The notes under the pieces were generated by a model, which was given only the letters and a program-made list of their open reading frames with translations, made no database searches and had not been told where the DNA came from. A program made the position numbers and the translations under genes. A stretch of DNA of 64,000 nucleotides from Octopus bimaculoides (Eukaryota), in the NCBI RefSeq assembly GCF_001194135.2, contig NC_068994.1, positions 59,039,421 to 59,103,420 on the forward strand, read 5' to 3'. Below are positions 1 to 12,659 of the stretch, one piece after another (position 1 is the first letter of the stretch; each line of letters starts with the position of its first letter).

Positions 1-329
1 GAGAATAAACATGAAGATACAATAAACAGAAGGATGAAAGAGAGATGACATGTTGTGGGATAGGTTGCAGGAGATGGGGAGGATTGTGGCAGATGAAGTG
101 TATAGAGGTAGGGGCGAGACATATTGTGGCAAAGGGGGAGAGATACTTTGGTGGCACAGTAGAGATGGGGATCATTGAAAGAATGGGTGGAGAGATCGGG
201 ATTAATGGTTGAAGAATGGAAAACAAGTGTAGAGGTTCTGGGTGGTAAGAAAAGTAGAACTAGGGTTAGGGTTAGGGTTGTCATGAGAGGAAAGAAAACT
301 GGGAAAAGGGCCCAGTTTGTGCATATACA

Positions 330-860
330 TATATACAGGCACACAGCTCAACCAGAACTCATCATGATGGGCAAGTTTTTGTTGAGAACCGCATATTGCC
401 AGCCATCCCAGACCTTTGTGATCTCCGTGGTGAGATTCAAAGTCCTGAGAAAAGCCTTCACCACCTCATTCCATGTCTTCCTGGGTCTCCCACTTTCACA
501 ACCTCCATCCACATTAAACGATGAGCACTTCCTTATGCATCTGTCCTCATTCATATGCATCACATGTCCAAACCATCACAGTTTTCTTTCCTGCCCACTA
601 CATCGGATTCTTCTTATGCCCAGTTCTCCTCATGTTTCACTGCCATGCAGCATTACAACAGTTCTAACCCAAGCATCATGCAATCTGCCCTTCACTCTGT
701 GAGAAAAGACCTTGTTGCCGACAGCAGTAGTAGTAGCTCCCTAGACTTTCTCCAACCACTTCTTACTCTGACTAATATACTGTCAGCGCTGCCACCTCCT
801 TTGCTAATTACATCTCTTAAGTAACAAAAGCTATTAATTACTTCTAATGAACCATCCAAG
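330..860 (-). mobile_element. RTE-clade LINE ORF2 C-terminal remnant
   Basis: Minus frame HMNEDRCIRKC..VDGGCESGRPRKTWNEVVK..LRTLNLT, typical RTE C-terminus; frameshifted. Confidence 0.75.
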
Positions 861-903
861 CATTTAAGCAAAACTATTTCGGGTGTGCTCCAAACACACA
901 CAC

Positions 904-955
<52 letters not shown>

Positions 956-980
956 TATACATACACATGCACACACACAA

Positions 981-1105
981 CAGGCTTCTTTCAGTTTCCA
1001 TCTACTAAATCCACTCACAAAGCATTGGCCAGCCTGGTGCTATAGAAGATACTTGCCCAAGGTGCCATGCAATGAGACTGAACCCAAGACCAGATGGTCT
1101 GAAAG
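981..1105 (-). mobile_element. tRNA-derived SINE, family A
   Basis: Shares GGCACCTTGGGCAAGT..GTGAGTGGATT..GGAAACTGAAAGAAGCC with at least 8 other copies in the window. Confidence 0.75.
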
Positions 1106-2149
1106 TTTGCACACACACACACATGCACATACATGTAACATACACATCCCCACACATTGATAGATATACATACACACTTTATAGAACCGATGGTCAGTGT
1201 TCTGATGAGTCTATTTCAAGTGTAATAAGGGACATGACTGAAAATGTTAACTGGCTTTTAGGGAGGCTTAAACTTATCCATGTTTCTTTCGGGAACTTTA
1301 TATATCTCCATCAGTTTCAATTATGCAGATTTGACCGTTCAATCAAGTGAGTTACCTGCCCTTGATTTAACGTGTAAGTGGTTGAATGTTCCACAGACAC
1401 AAATGCACTCTTAATGTGACTGTCAGACAGAATCTACACGAAACAGTGCATATGGTAAAGCTGTACCTTTTGAATTACAAGAAGTCTACCCAAGGGGTTG
1501 TGGTGAGGGGACCAACACTGACCACTGACAGATTGTCATTCTAATGGGTCCCACAGGATAATGAGATGGGCAACAGACCTCATATCTATGACAGTCAAAC
1601 TTGCAGCTCAATCTCTCTACAGATGCACCCCAGATACGTGGCAGTACCCTAGGATTATACATGGATAAATCCAAGGCTGAGCTTTTATCTGGGCTGAGGA
1701 TCAGAATTAGGAAATTTCTAAATCGTGACTCATCCAGACTCAGCTTTGAAAATATATCGTTGTTGCTATCATCGATGTTTCATAACTGCTTTCCACGTTG
1801 GGAAGGGCCAAACAGATTGATCATGGTGTGAACCCTGGAAGGGATCAGGGGTCAGGTCACACTCCTACATTTTATTTCAGTATGGTTGCCACGAGTGGAT
1901 ATCCATCCCTTTTAGCAATCACTTTGCACCAGCAACAGAGAGGTTTTTAAAGTCTTCTCCAACACTGGACGGCACTCTTGACTCAACGTAATCTCTATTT
2001 CTCAATCATTTTGCAGAGTGGACCTTAGAGGCATTTTTTCAAAGCACCAACACAAGGATAGTTGCTTTGTTCACTGCTTTAACAAAACAAAAAAAAAAGG
2101 TCCACACTGCTCTATAATGTCTATTTGTTCAGGACCAGAACAGTGGAGT

Positions 2150-2568
2150 NNNNNNNNNNNNNNNNNNNNNNNNNNNNNNNNNNNNNNNNNNNNNNNNNNN
2201 NNNNNNNNNNNNNNNNNNNNNNNNNNNNNNNNNNNNNNNNNNNNNNNNNNNNNNNNNNNNNNNNNNNNNNNNNNNNNNNNNNNNNNNNNNNNNNNNNNNN
2301 NNNNNNNNNNNNNNNNNNNNNNNNNNNNNNNNNNNNNNNNNNNNNNNNNNNNNNNNNNNNNNNNNNNNNNNNNNNNNNNNNNNNNNNNNNNNNNNNNNNN
2401 NNNNNNNNNNNNNNNNNNNNNNNNNNNNNNNNNNNNNNNNNNNNNNNNNNNNNNNNNNNNNNNNNNNNNNNNNNNNNNNNNNNNNNNNNNNNNNNNNNNN
2501 NNNNNNNNNNNNNNNNNNNNNNNNNNNNNNNNNNNNNNNNNNNNNNNNNNNNNNNNNNNNNNNNNNNN
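2150..2568. other. Assembly gap (419 N)
   Basis: Run of N; other gaps at 30430-39, 41846-911, 43846-913, 48380-516, 56454-63 and 57887-58066. Confidence 1.
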
Positions 2569-2627
<59 letters not shown>

Positions 2628-3050
2628 TGGATAGCAGTAAGAAAGTCAGTAGTAGCAAGTGTATCAGATAGTAACAGACCCAATGGAATCTCTCATTATT
2701 AATGCAATGTGATTAACAGGACAGAGAGGCATGGATAGTGACAGGGGAGACGGAGAATGGACAGGTGTGACATTTTTACCACATTACACAGGTGACATGC
2801 TGATTAGGAAAGGAACACTAGAGAAATCTTGAGCTGACAATATTTCCTAAAACTCTGATTCTGAATGAGTGGTGCTTCAAGTAACCCAATGAATTAGCAA
2901 TGCTCCTTATAACTTTGATCCTGAACCAACCATACACTCAACAACTCTGATCTTAAACCAGTAATACCCCTTGGTAACAAGGATTTGTGGAAATTGTTCA
3001 AAACCCTCAACTTGAAAGTCCTCTAGTAAAATCTATACTCACATCATTAA

Positions 3051-3237
3051 CCCTTTTGCTACTGTATTTATTTTGATTTGCTCTGTGTTTCTTTCAATTA
3101 CTTTAAATATAACAGCTAGTGTTAGGACCATAAATTGTGACTAAGGTTTGGGGGAAGATTTTAATTCAAAACTTATGAAAACAAGACATTTGAACTCAGA
3201 GCCAGAGCCGGTTTCAGCCAGGTTGCTAACGAAAGGG
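3051..3237. mobile_element. piggyBac-type MITE (187 bp)
   Basis: TTAA flanks at 3047-3050 and 3238-3241; termini CCCTTTTGCTA / (rc) CCCTTTCGTTA. Confidence 0.65.
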
Positions 3238-6200
3238 TTAAACATGATGTTGAAACAACTTATTATTTTGACATTCTACAAACCCCAATGTCAACAAGTA
3301 AAAAGATGACAGCATCTGGTAATGTCTGGCCTTGATATAGGCAGTCCACCCAAGATCCCAGTTCAGGTAGAATCGTTGGCTTGTGAGAATGTATGTCTGA
3401 TAAATGGCAACAACATCTATTCATCATGCAGAAATCTCTCCTGAATTTCAGTGCATACTTGCAAACTATCAATCACAAAAATCATAGAATTGTTCACAAA
3501 ATGAAAAAAGCAAATATACCATTCTAATCAGGCATTCTCTGGGGGCAAAGCATGGCAATGTAAGCATTTTCCACTTCCATCTTCTTGTCCCAGTTCCTAT
3601 CCACAAGAAGATGAGGACCAAACCAGATGTTGAATCCAACTTACAAATTCTTTTCAGCATGGATCTGCCTTCAGCTGCAAAGTTGCCAGCTTACAGACTT
3701 GTTCTTGAGGATCTTGATTCCTGAAATATCCAGTACCATGACAGTAATGTCCACATTTGAGTAGCACGTGCTGCAGTACGTCCAACCCTCATATTAAGAG
3801 TTCAGGAACCTAACAATACAAAAAGCAGTGAACAAGTGCATCGTTGATGGATCGAGTTTTCTGAAATGCGACCATTATCCCTGACCTCTGAACAAATGCC
3901 ACTGGACAATGAAGTGGCAGTCTTTAACACTGTCTATACTAGCTAAAATAGGACATAGTGGTGAGGGGGGCCAATACTGACCACTGATAAATGGACATTG
4001 TAATAGGTCCTGCAGGGTAATGAGATGGGCAACAGACCTCATATTTATGACAGCCAAACTCACAGCTCAATCACTCAACAGAAGCACCCCAAGGAGTACT
4101 ATGACATACCTGAAATAGTACACAGGAACGTAGCAGTACTCTAGGATAGTAGAGTACTGCTATATATATCTGAAGTACTCCACAGTGCTAGATAGTGATA
4201 TGTTAGACTACAGTCAAAGTCCTGTTAGTCCATCAACATTCAGAAACATGGTTGTCTCCATCTGATTAATAAACTTTTGGTTACAGTTTTAATTTTTTTC
4301 ACTACTCCATGGAACCTATTAGATTTCAATTACCAACACACTACAATCACTAACCCCTAACCTAGTTCTGACCCTTTTACTCCAACAACTGACTCTGCTC
4401 CTCAACTAGAAAACACAAAACCATAAGTAAACACACACTTCTCTGGCATTTGCCATCTTTACTATACCTAACTATTAAACCAGTCTGCACAAAAGAGAAT
4501 GGAAAAGAGCTTAGAGCCAGGAACCAGTTGTGATCTACGCCAACAAATTGCAAGCAGAAAACATTCACAAAGCAGAATAAATTATCTTATTGTGAAGAAG
4601 ATGAGAAATTTAAGATTTAAAGGCAGGAACCATCTCTCTGTCGCTTTATCTTTTCTCTGACAACTTGTTTACTTAAACCATGGGACTCTTCTCCGTTACA
4701 CTAAAATAATTTATTTCACTTTACAGTCACACGGAACAGATCAGCCGGTCCTCTTTCCCCAGAACTTTTACCTTCTGGAATTTCCTTCCTGCTCATACAG
4801 TCTAACTATACATCAATACTGTGCTTCCAACTTGTGTCTGTATATAAGTACCATGGGGAAATATAATTCACCTACCTGTGTATAGGTGACATGGGGAGGT
4901 ATCTTTCACCTAGCTGTAAATCTGTAAAACATAAAACCAGGCTTTAGAGACAAAGATGCAGTAAGAGGCTGTGAAAGGAGATGTAAAAAAGTCATATTTT
5001 TCTGAATAATATTAGTCAACAGTTTGGTGCATGTAGGGTGATGTGTTAAGAGATTTGCTTCATGCAGTCACATGGTTCTAGGTTCAATACAACTACATGG
5101 CACGTTGGCTAAGTCACTTCTCCCACAGCTGTTTCCAGTTGACCATAAGACTTTGAGTAAATCATTTCTATCAGAGCTGCCTCTGTTCTGTGACTCAAAC
5201 CAAGTGGAAGGACACTGTAGTCATTGGATGAGCCAGTTCTTGAGTTGCTATGCTTGACCCCTTGCCTAGTTCAACACTATCACCTGACTTCTGGATGACA
5301 GTAACCACTCGGTAGCAAGTAAGTGGACCAAGTCTCCAAACAAGGAAGTCACATGGTCCATGGATTGTTTCTACCATTATTCCACCTTGTCCCCTTCCTC
5401 CTGTCACTAAGCCGTAAGTTGCAACACAATATATAACGAATGTGGGATTTGTGTGATGTTGATGTAAGACATTATCAAGTAAAAAGATGAAAAAAGGCAA
5501 AGAGATGATGTAATGCAAGTTCTCTTTTGTTTAAGACACTAGCTGGCTTGTATACAATAATTATTTCTCCCTTTAGCACAACAGAGCACAACATAGTCAA
5601 TGAACCTGCTAGAAACAGTAGGCTAATCCTGGATATACTGTACTTAAAAGGGACAAGATAGCCTTTGATCACAAATAAGTCTGCTGGATCGAGGCTGATT
5701 TTAGGCCAAACAATAACAATTGGTACATATTTTATTCACCTTGAAAAGATGGAAAGCAAATTTGACCTCAGCTAAAATATAGAGAAAAATAATGTCTCTA
5801 AATATTGCAAGGTCATCATCTAAGTCCATTCACATCAGGATGTTACCGAGGTAACACAATCCCTGATATACAAGTAATACTGTAATGTCGTGTCTCAGCC
5901 TTCTATTACCATTGCATTCACACCTATAACATTACTGTGTCTGTATAGCAGCAAAGTTCTAGATAATGAGCAGGACTTCGTGACTTGCCTTAGACTTCTA
6001 TAATAGTTCCATTCACATCAACAACCTTATTAATATAGGTATACAGCAGCAACATTGTCAGAGATATGTGAGTAGTGTCAATACTGGATTGGTACTTTAA
6101 TTAACTGACACCAGACAGATGAATGTGAAGTTGACCTCAGTGAAATTTGAACTCATAACAAGAAAGGAATTCAACTAAACATTGCAGTCAGACAATCTAC

Positions 6201-6839
6201 AAAGTCTACCAATCAATCCTGTCTTGTATCTTACCGCTTCTACCTTTAATAACAAATGGTTTATGACATGGACAAGACTGCACACTTCGACGGGGGAGCA
6301 TACAGTGACCGACTCTGGTAGAATGAAATAGAGACAGTTGTTTGACAGTATGTAATCGTGGCACCTTATATTCTGAGTTCAAACTCTACCAAGATCAACT
6401 TTGTGCCTTTCATCTTTCTGGAGTCGACAGTATAAAATAACAGTCAAGTAATGGTATCCATTGATACTGGTGTCTAACAGCCGAACGACTTTCGTTGGGC
6501 TTAGGTTTTGGCGATGGTTTATAACAATGGCATGAAAAGCCACAGTATTCCTTTGAGAAGCAACCCGAAGTATTATTTACTTTGAAAGACATAACGACAG
6601 AACAGTGTCACACACATTACCAACATCGACGAAGATTTATGGAGCGTCTGTCAATCAACTGAAGAAGTCAAACAGAAGAATGAAAGGCATCTCGGCAGGA
6701 TCGGAAGTTAACAGATACAAGGAATCTTATCCGACACTCCACTGTTGCTGGTGTCATTAGCAACTCTAATAATAATAATAATAATGATATGGTTTGATCA
6801 TGATAGAGTTTTATTTCAGAAAGAAAGGAAATGTTGTGA

Positions 6840-7000
6840 CGTTCACACCTTCCTCCTCAAGGGCAGTAAACGACATTTTAGGAAGTGGAATCCGGGAATC
6901 TCGGCCTCCATTGCGGAACAAGAAACAACCTTAAAAGAGAGCCCCTTCCTCGTTGGCATCGCAAACGGATGGAGCCTTTCAGGTGTTTATAGGTGACATC
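6840..7000 (-). mobile_element. Possible CR1-type LINE 3' remnant
   Basis: Minus frame YKHLKG...RGSLLRLF...NVVYCP loosely resembles the CR1 ORF2 end. Confidence 0.3.
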
Positions 7001-7269
7001 ATTGATGTCTGTGTATATTTACATGGATCTATGCGTAGGAAAGAGTTGAACTTCTGTATTTATTAAATAATGTGCGCGCGCGCGTACTTGTGTGTGCGTG
7101 CGTGCGTGTGTGTGTGTGTACATACACATACACAATCACACAGGTACCCATATGTTTACATCATATACTTAAGTGTGAATATAATTTACGCTTATGGTTA
7201 TGTTTATACGATCATTATGAACGTGTGTATACATACATACATACATACATACATTCACACATATATGTG

Positions 7270-7820
7270 TGTGTGTAAGGGAAAGAGGAGGACACGTAGT
7301 CAGCCGAGAGAGGGGGAGGAGGTGGTTGATAGATACAGAAAGAGAGAGAGAGGTGAAAGAGGGAGAGGGAAGCAGTGGCAGCGAGAGAAAGTTAGTGAGA
7401 ACGTAAGAGAAGCGAGAGGGATAGGGAGAGAGAGAGGAGGAAGAGTGGCAAGAAGAATCAACAGGAGGGAAAGAATAAAAATAAGACACGAAAAGGAGGA
7501 AGCAAGGGGAAAACAAGAGAGAAGGGAGAAAGAGAGGCAATGAAAAGGAAGGTAATGAAGAATCTCTTTAAAACAGGTGGAGAAGGTGAAGAGAGAAAGA
7601 CTATGAGATAGAGATAGGTGGAGGGAAAGGGAGAAATAGAGAGAGATGCGTGTGGAGGGAGAAAGAGAGACAGATAGATACATATAAAGGCTAAGAGGTA
7701 CAGACGCAATTAGAGAGAGAGAAAGAGAAGGGTGAAAAGTTATGAGAGAGAGAGAGAGAGAGAGAAAATGGTGGCTGGAAAAAAAAAAGAGATAGAAAAG
7801 GAATGAGAAAGGGAGAGTGA
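7270..7820 (+). repeat. Purine-rich (GA) low-complexity tract
   Basis: Near-continuous AG/GGA runs. Confidence 0.85.
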
Positions 7821-7985
7821 AGTGAAAGAGTATAAGACTATATATAAACGCACGCGCACTTCTATATTAAAATTTCAAAGGTTTACACATACATATTTAT
7901 TTGGCGTTCTCTCTCTTACTGTGTATATATATGGATATATATATGTAAGTATGTGCTTATGTGTGTGTGCATATACATATGTGTG

Positions 7986-8017
<32 letters not shown>

Positions 8018-8629
8018 GAGTTATATATATAAACCACTGAACATTGAAATAATCAGATAAATGGCAAGACTCAACAAGCAAAGCAAGGCCAAACAAACAG
8101 CAATTATAAAACGTTTAAGGCTCAAGAAAAAGGTTTGAACGATGTAGGTTACTTACCCCAGAAAATGTGGTGGAGCCAAGCTGTAAGGGCGAAAATAAAA
8201 CGAAGATAGCTAGCTTAGTAAACCACACACATACAGATGTATGTATATATTATTATTATATGAGTGTGCGTTTGTGTATGTATATATATATATGTATATA
8301 TATATATGTGTATATATATACACACAGTTATTTTTTTCTCTATGCGAAGGAGCTGTCACTGTATTACTTTCTATGTTGATGATGATGATGAGAGTTGTGA
8401 GTGGTGGTGCTGTTATTGTTGTTGTTATTATTATTAAATCAAGCACTGCCTCTTGTGCTTCGGGTCTCCTCTTCGTTTCCTATCCACGCACACACACACA
8501 CCTTGCAAACCCGGCCTTAACAAGCAACTGTTTGTAGTGATGCCCCTTCCTTGGCCGAGACGAAAGGTTTAAAGGGAAGAGGGAGCAAGCATTGTACAAG
8601 GTCAGGGGGGGAGAACTTATTGTTTCTGC

Positions 8630-9167
8630 CCTCACACTTCTTCTCTCTCCCTCCCACCCTCTTTCTCACTCTTGCTCTCCCTTCCTCCCTAGAATTCTTT
8701 TTATTTTCCCTCTGTCTGCGTCTTCCTCTCTCTCTCTCTTCCTTTCACTCACTCTCGATCCCACTCTATTCTCCCCTTGTTCCTTCTCTCATGCCTCTTA
8801 GTCTTTCTCTATTTTTTCCTCCCTTACAATTTCTACACCTCTCACTCCCTATATCTTTCTTTTCTGCTCCTCTCTCTCTCTCTCTCTCTCTCTCTCATTC
8901 TAGATCCTGTTCTACTCTTCCCCATTTCTTTTCCTATTTTTCTCCTCTTCTCTCCATCTTCCCCTCTCTCACTCTCGATCCCTCTGTCTTTTCCTGGTTT
9001 TCCTATCTTTCTTCCCTCTTTATTTCTTACTCTTTCACTCGCTTTCTCTTTTCCCTTCCTTCCTAGATTTCCTTATATCTTCTCTCTTTCTCTCATTTTC
9101 AGTGCCGATCCCGCAGCCTTCACCCATTTTCCTTCTCTTTCTCACATTTTCACTCTATCTTCTTGTC

Positions 9168-9207
<40 letters not shown>

Positions 9208-11400
9208 ATAACCTTCTTTACCTCTAACTCTCTCCCTTCCTCCTCTCTCACATTTACTTTCGATCCCACTATGTCTTCCCCATTTTTCTTTACGTCCTCG
9301 CTCAATCCTCTTTTACTTTGTTTTCCACTCTGTCACTATGTCTATCTCAATCTCCTTCATCTTTCTCTCCCTCTCTCTCTCTCTCTCTCTCTATTTTGAT
9401 CCTACTGTTTTCTTCGCTTTCTCTCTCTTTCCTTTCTCGGTCTTCTCTTATCTCTCTCTCTCTCTCTCTATTATTTCCTACCTTTCTCCCCTCTCTTTCC
9501 CCTCATTCCCTCCTGCTACTTAAAACGTTTCACTATTTCTCTTCTACTTGGGTTTCGTTTTCTCTATTTCACCTTACTCTCTCTCTCTCTCTCTCTCTCT
9601 CCCTCTCTCTCTTTCTCTTTCCAGTTCTATTCCTGTCTCCGTTCCTTCTCGACCTCGTTATGTCCCACCTCCCAGGTTCCACTTCTTCCGTGTCTCTGTT
9701 CCTTCTCGACCTCATTCTCTCGCTTTCTCCTCTCTCCCTCTCTCTATTCCATCCGTTACTTCTCTTATTCATCCTCTTTCTTCCACATTTCTAATTCTCG
9801 CTATCAATCCTTCTCCCTTACCTATTTATTTCTTTACTTCCTCCATCTTTTGCCCAGTTTCTTGCATCTCGCTCCTCTTTTATTTTCCTATCACCTCCAC
9901 AGCCTTCTTAATCTCTCCCTCTCCATCCTACCAGCTTCTTCCCACAACCCTTCACCTCTCTCTCCCTCTCTCTCGATCCCTCAGTCTTTCTACCTTCAAT
10001 CGTTCCTTCTTCACTCCCTCCACTCACTACTCCCCCCACCTCTACCTTACTCCCTCTCTATTTTCCCCTCCCTCCCTGCTGCAATCTTCCTCTTCCTACT
10101 CCTACCTTCTATTACTCTCTATACTTCGCTACCTCCACGCAGGAACCTTCCTCATTTTCATACCCTTTACATTACACAATTCACACCCCACCCCCACACA
10201 CACATATATATTATATTATATATGTTATACAGTTATACAAACACACTCACACTCACAGAAATAGGGAGAACCCTCTCTCTCTCCCTCCCTCCCTCCCTCC
10301 CTCCCTCCCTCCCTCCCTCCCTCCCTACACCTTTCACACGTTCTCCCTCTGCATTCCTTTTAGTCGTTCCTTCTCTCTCTCTCACTCACCCTCCATAACC
10401 TTCACTCACATCTTCAATCTGCATCTTCTTATTTCTATCTATAACCTTTACTCAATCCTTTAGTTTTTTTTCTCTCTAGTCCCGTCGTTCTCTCTCTCAG
10501 CCTTTCGTTTCTCCTACTCTTCTTCTCCTCTTTTCTCTCTCATTTACCTTATACACATCCTTACTCTCTCTCTCTCTCTCTGCACCTCCTCTTTTATCCT
10601 TCTCTACCACTCTCTTTTTCTCCACTGCTCTTTCATTATCTTTTCTTCCCTCTTTTCTTCTCCCTTTCCTATTCCATCCTACTTTATCGAGCAACAACTT
10701 GTTCCTCTCCACATTCAAATTTGTTCTCTTTAAGTCTTCCTATCACTTCCATCTCTGTTTTCTTCTCTCATTCACTCACTCCTTCTCACCTTAACTCTTT
10801 TCTCCTACCATAATATTCTCTCTCTCTCTCTCTCTTTCACTATATATTATCACAATTTCTCTCGACTACCACTTTTACCCCTTATGTATTATCTTCTCTC
10901 ACTCTTATCTCTCCTTCTCATCTCTTTCTCTCTCTCTCTCTCTGCTGTTTTTCTACCTTATCTCTTTATTTCCTCTCCCCACGCACTATTTCAAGTCCTA
11001 GCTGTCTTCGTCTACCTTCTCTTTCTCTATAAACCCTTCTTTCTTTCTCGCTCTCTCTCTCTCTTTCTTCCCTCACACTAACCAACAACAACCACGTCAC
11101 AGTTCCCCCCTCTTCGTTTCTCTCTCTCACTTTCTTAATCTATCTAAAAGATTGCCCCACTTTCTATTCTGCCCTCTTTAAGGTTATCTTTTATGTTGCA
11201 GTCACTTCACTCCGTCTCTCACGAAATTATTCCCTTTCTACACTTCATCCACCTCTCTCTCTCCTTTCTCTTTTCTCTCTCTCTCTTCTCTTTCTCTCTC
11301 AATCCATCGCTCTCTATGCTTATACGTATGTCCTAGTCACGTTTCCTCCCCTCTTTACTCCACTTACAAGTAGCATTCTCTTTTTCAAGCACTTCTCTCT
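8630..11400 (+). repeat. ~2.8 kb pyrimidine-rich (CT) low-complexity tract
   Basis: Near-continuous CT/TTC/CCCT runs; source of many spurious Leu/Ser ORFs. Confidence 0.9.
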
Positions 11401-11544
11401 TCGCTGGCGTCCCTCCATTTTCCAGTGTGTATACAATATACACTTGCTTCATGTATGTTTAGAGGTATGAACGCCCAAAATATACATAAGTACTTATATA
11501 TATAGGTACACATATCCACACACGCATATATATACATGCCTTTT

Positions 11545-11920
11545 GTCGACTTTGTTTCCTCATAACTTTAAAACAAATGGATGCTTTCTGTTGAAATTTT
11601 CTACTCAGTTGGTGTAGATTCCGAATATATTGGAATTTAATGCAAAAAAGAAAAATTAATGGGCGCTCACACATACATACTGACATGCACCACACACATA
11701 CACTCAGACACACACATACACACATATATACCAAATGCCACTTGAAATTTTGGTAAAATGTGATGTGTGACAATATGTATGTGTACGCGCCCATTATTTT
11801 TCTTCCTTTTTTTGACATTAAATTGCGATATAATTGGAATCTACACCACATGAAAGGTATTCGTAGAAAATTTCATTAAAAATATCCATTTTCCTGAAAG
11901 TTATGAGGAAACAAAGCCGA
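11545..11920. mobile_element. Foldback/MITE-like element with ~120 bp inverted arms
   Basis: 11550-11569 is the exact reverse complement of 11897-11916; further perfect blocks 11593-604/11863-874, 11610-622/11836-848 and 11657-666/11787-796. Confidence 0.75.
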
Positions 11921-12367
11921 TAGGAGTCCACGTGTAGGTGCCCCTATATATATATATTTCGTGTTTTGCTTAAAACAATGCACGGTACCAGAATTTTCGA
12001 CTCAAGCCAAATACAAAAAAAAAAAAAACTACTCCGAATCTTGTTAGAGAATCCGCATAAATGAAGTCAGGACAGGCTATTTTGTACTTATATGAAGTCG
12101 TATACTTTGTAATAATGACGTCAAACCAAATAATATTTTTATAAAATTTAATACGTACGTTTCAGATTTTGCGTAATATATAATAGAAAGTACATCCCCT
12201 TACGCAAGATTTTCTTCAGTTAATATATTACAAAATATGACGGAAATAGTTCTATGTGTGTGTGTGTGTGCAATTAGGCTAGTAAAGTCGGTTACTAAGA
12301 GGATGTATTTCCTATTATGTACTGTGTAAGATCTGAAGCGTGCGCATTAAATGCTTTCAAATTATAA

Positions 12368-12555
12368 AAAGGCGACGAGCTGGCATTATCGTGTGCGCGC
12401 CGGACAAAACGCTTAGAGGCATTTTGTCCGTCTTTACGTTCTGAGATCAAATTCTGCTGAAGTTGACTTCAGTCGATAAAAATAAGAACCAGTCAATTAC
12501 TGGGATCGATGGAATCAACTTCCCCTCCTCTCAAAAGCTGCTGACTTTGTGTCGT
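12368..12555 (+). mobile_element. tRNA-derived SINE, family C
   Basis: AAGGCGACGAGCTGGCA..TTCTGAGATCAAATTCTG..GTCGATAAAAATAAG..GGGATCGATG; related copies at 6335-6480(+), 17370-17530(-), 21510-21710(-) and 21738-21950(-). Confidence 0.7.
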
Positions 12556-12659
12556 GTATATGTATGTATGTATGTATGTATGTGTGTGTTTGTGTATGTG
12601 TGTGTGTGTGTGTGTGTGTGGTGCATGTGTTTGTGTGTGTGTACTGTGTCAGGTCGCTC

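Noticed and set aside
261-279. (TTAGGG)x3 telomere-like run
   Set aside because: Only three units beside an RTE remnant; too short to indicate an interstitial telomere or fusion.
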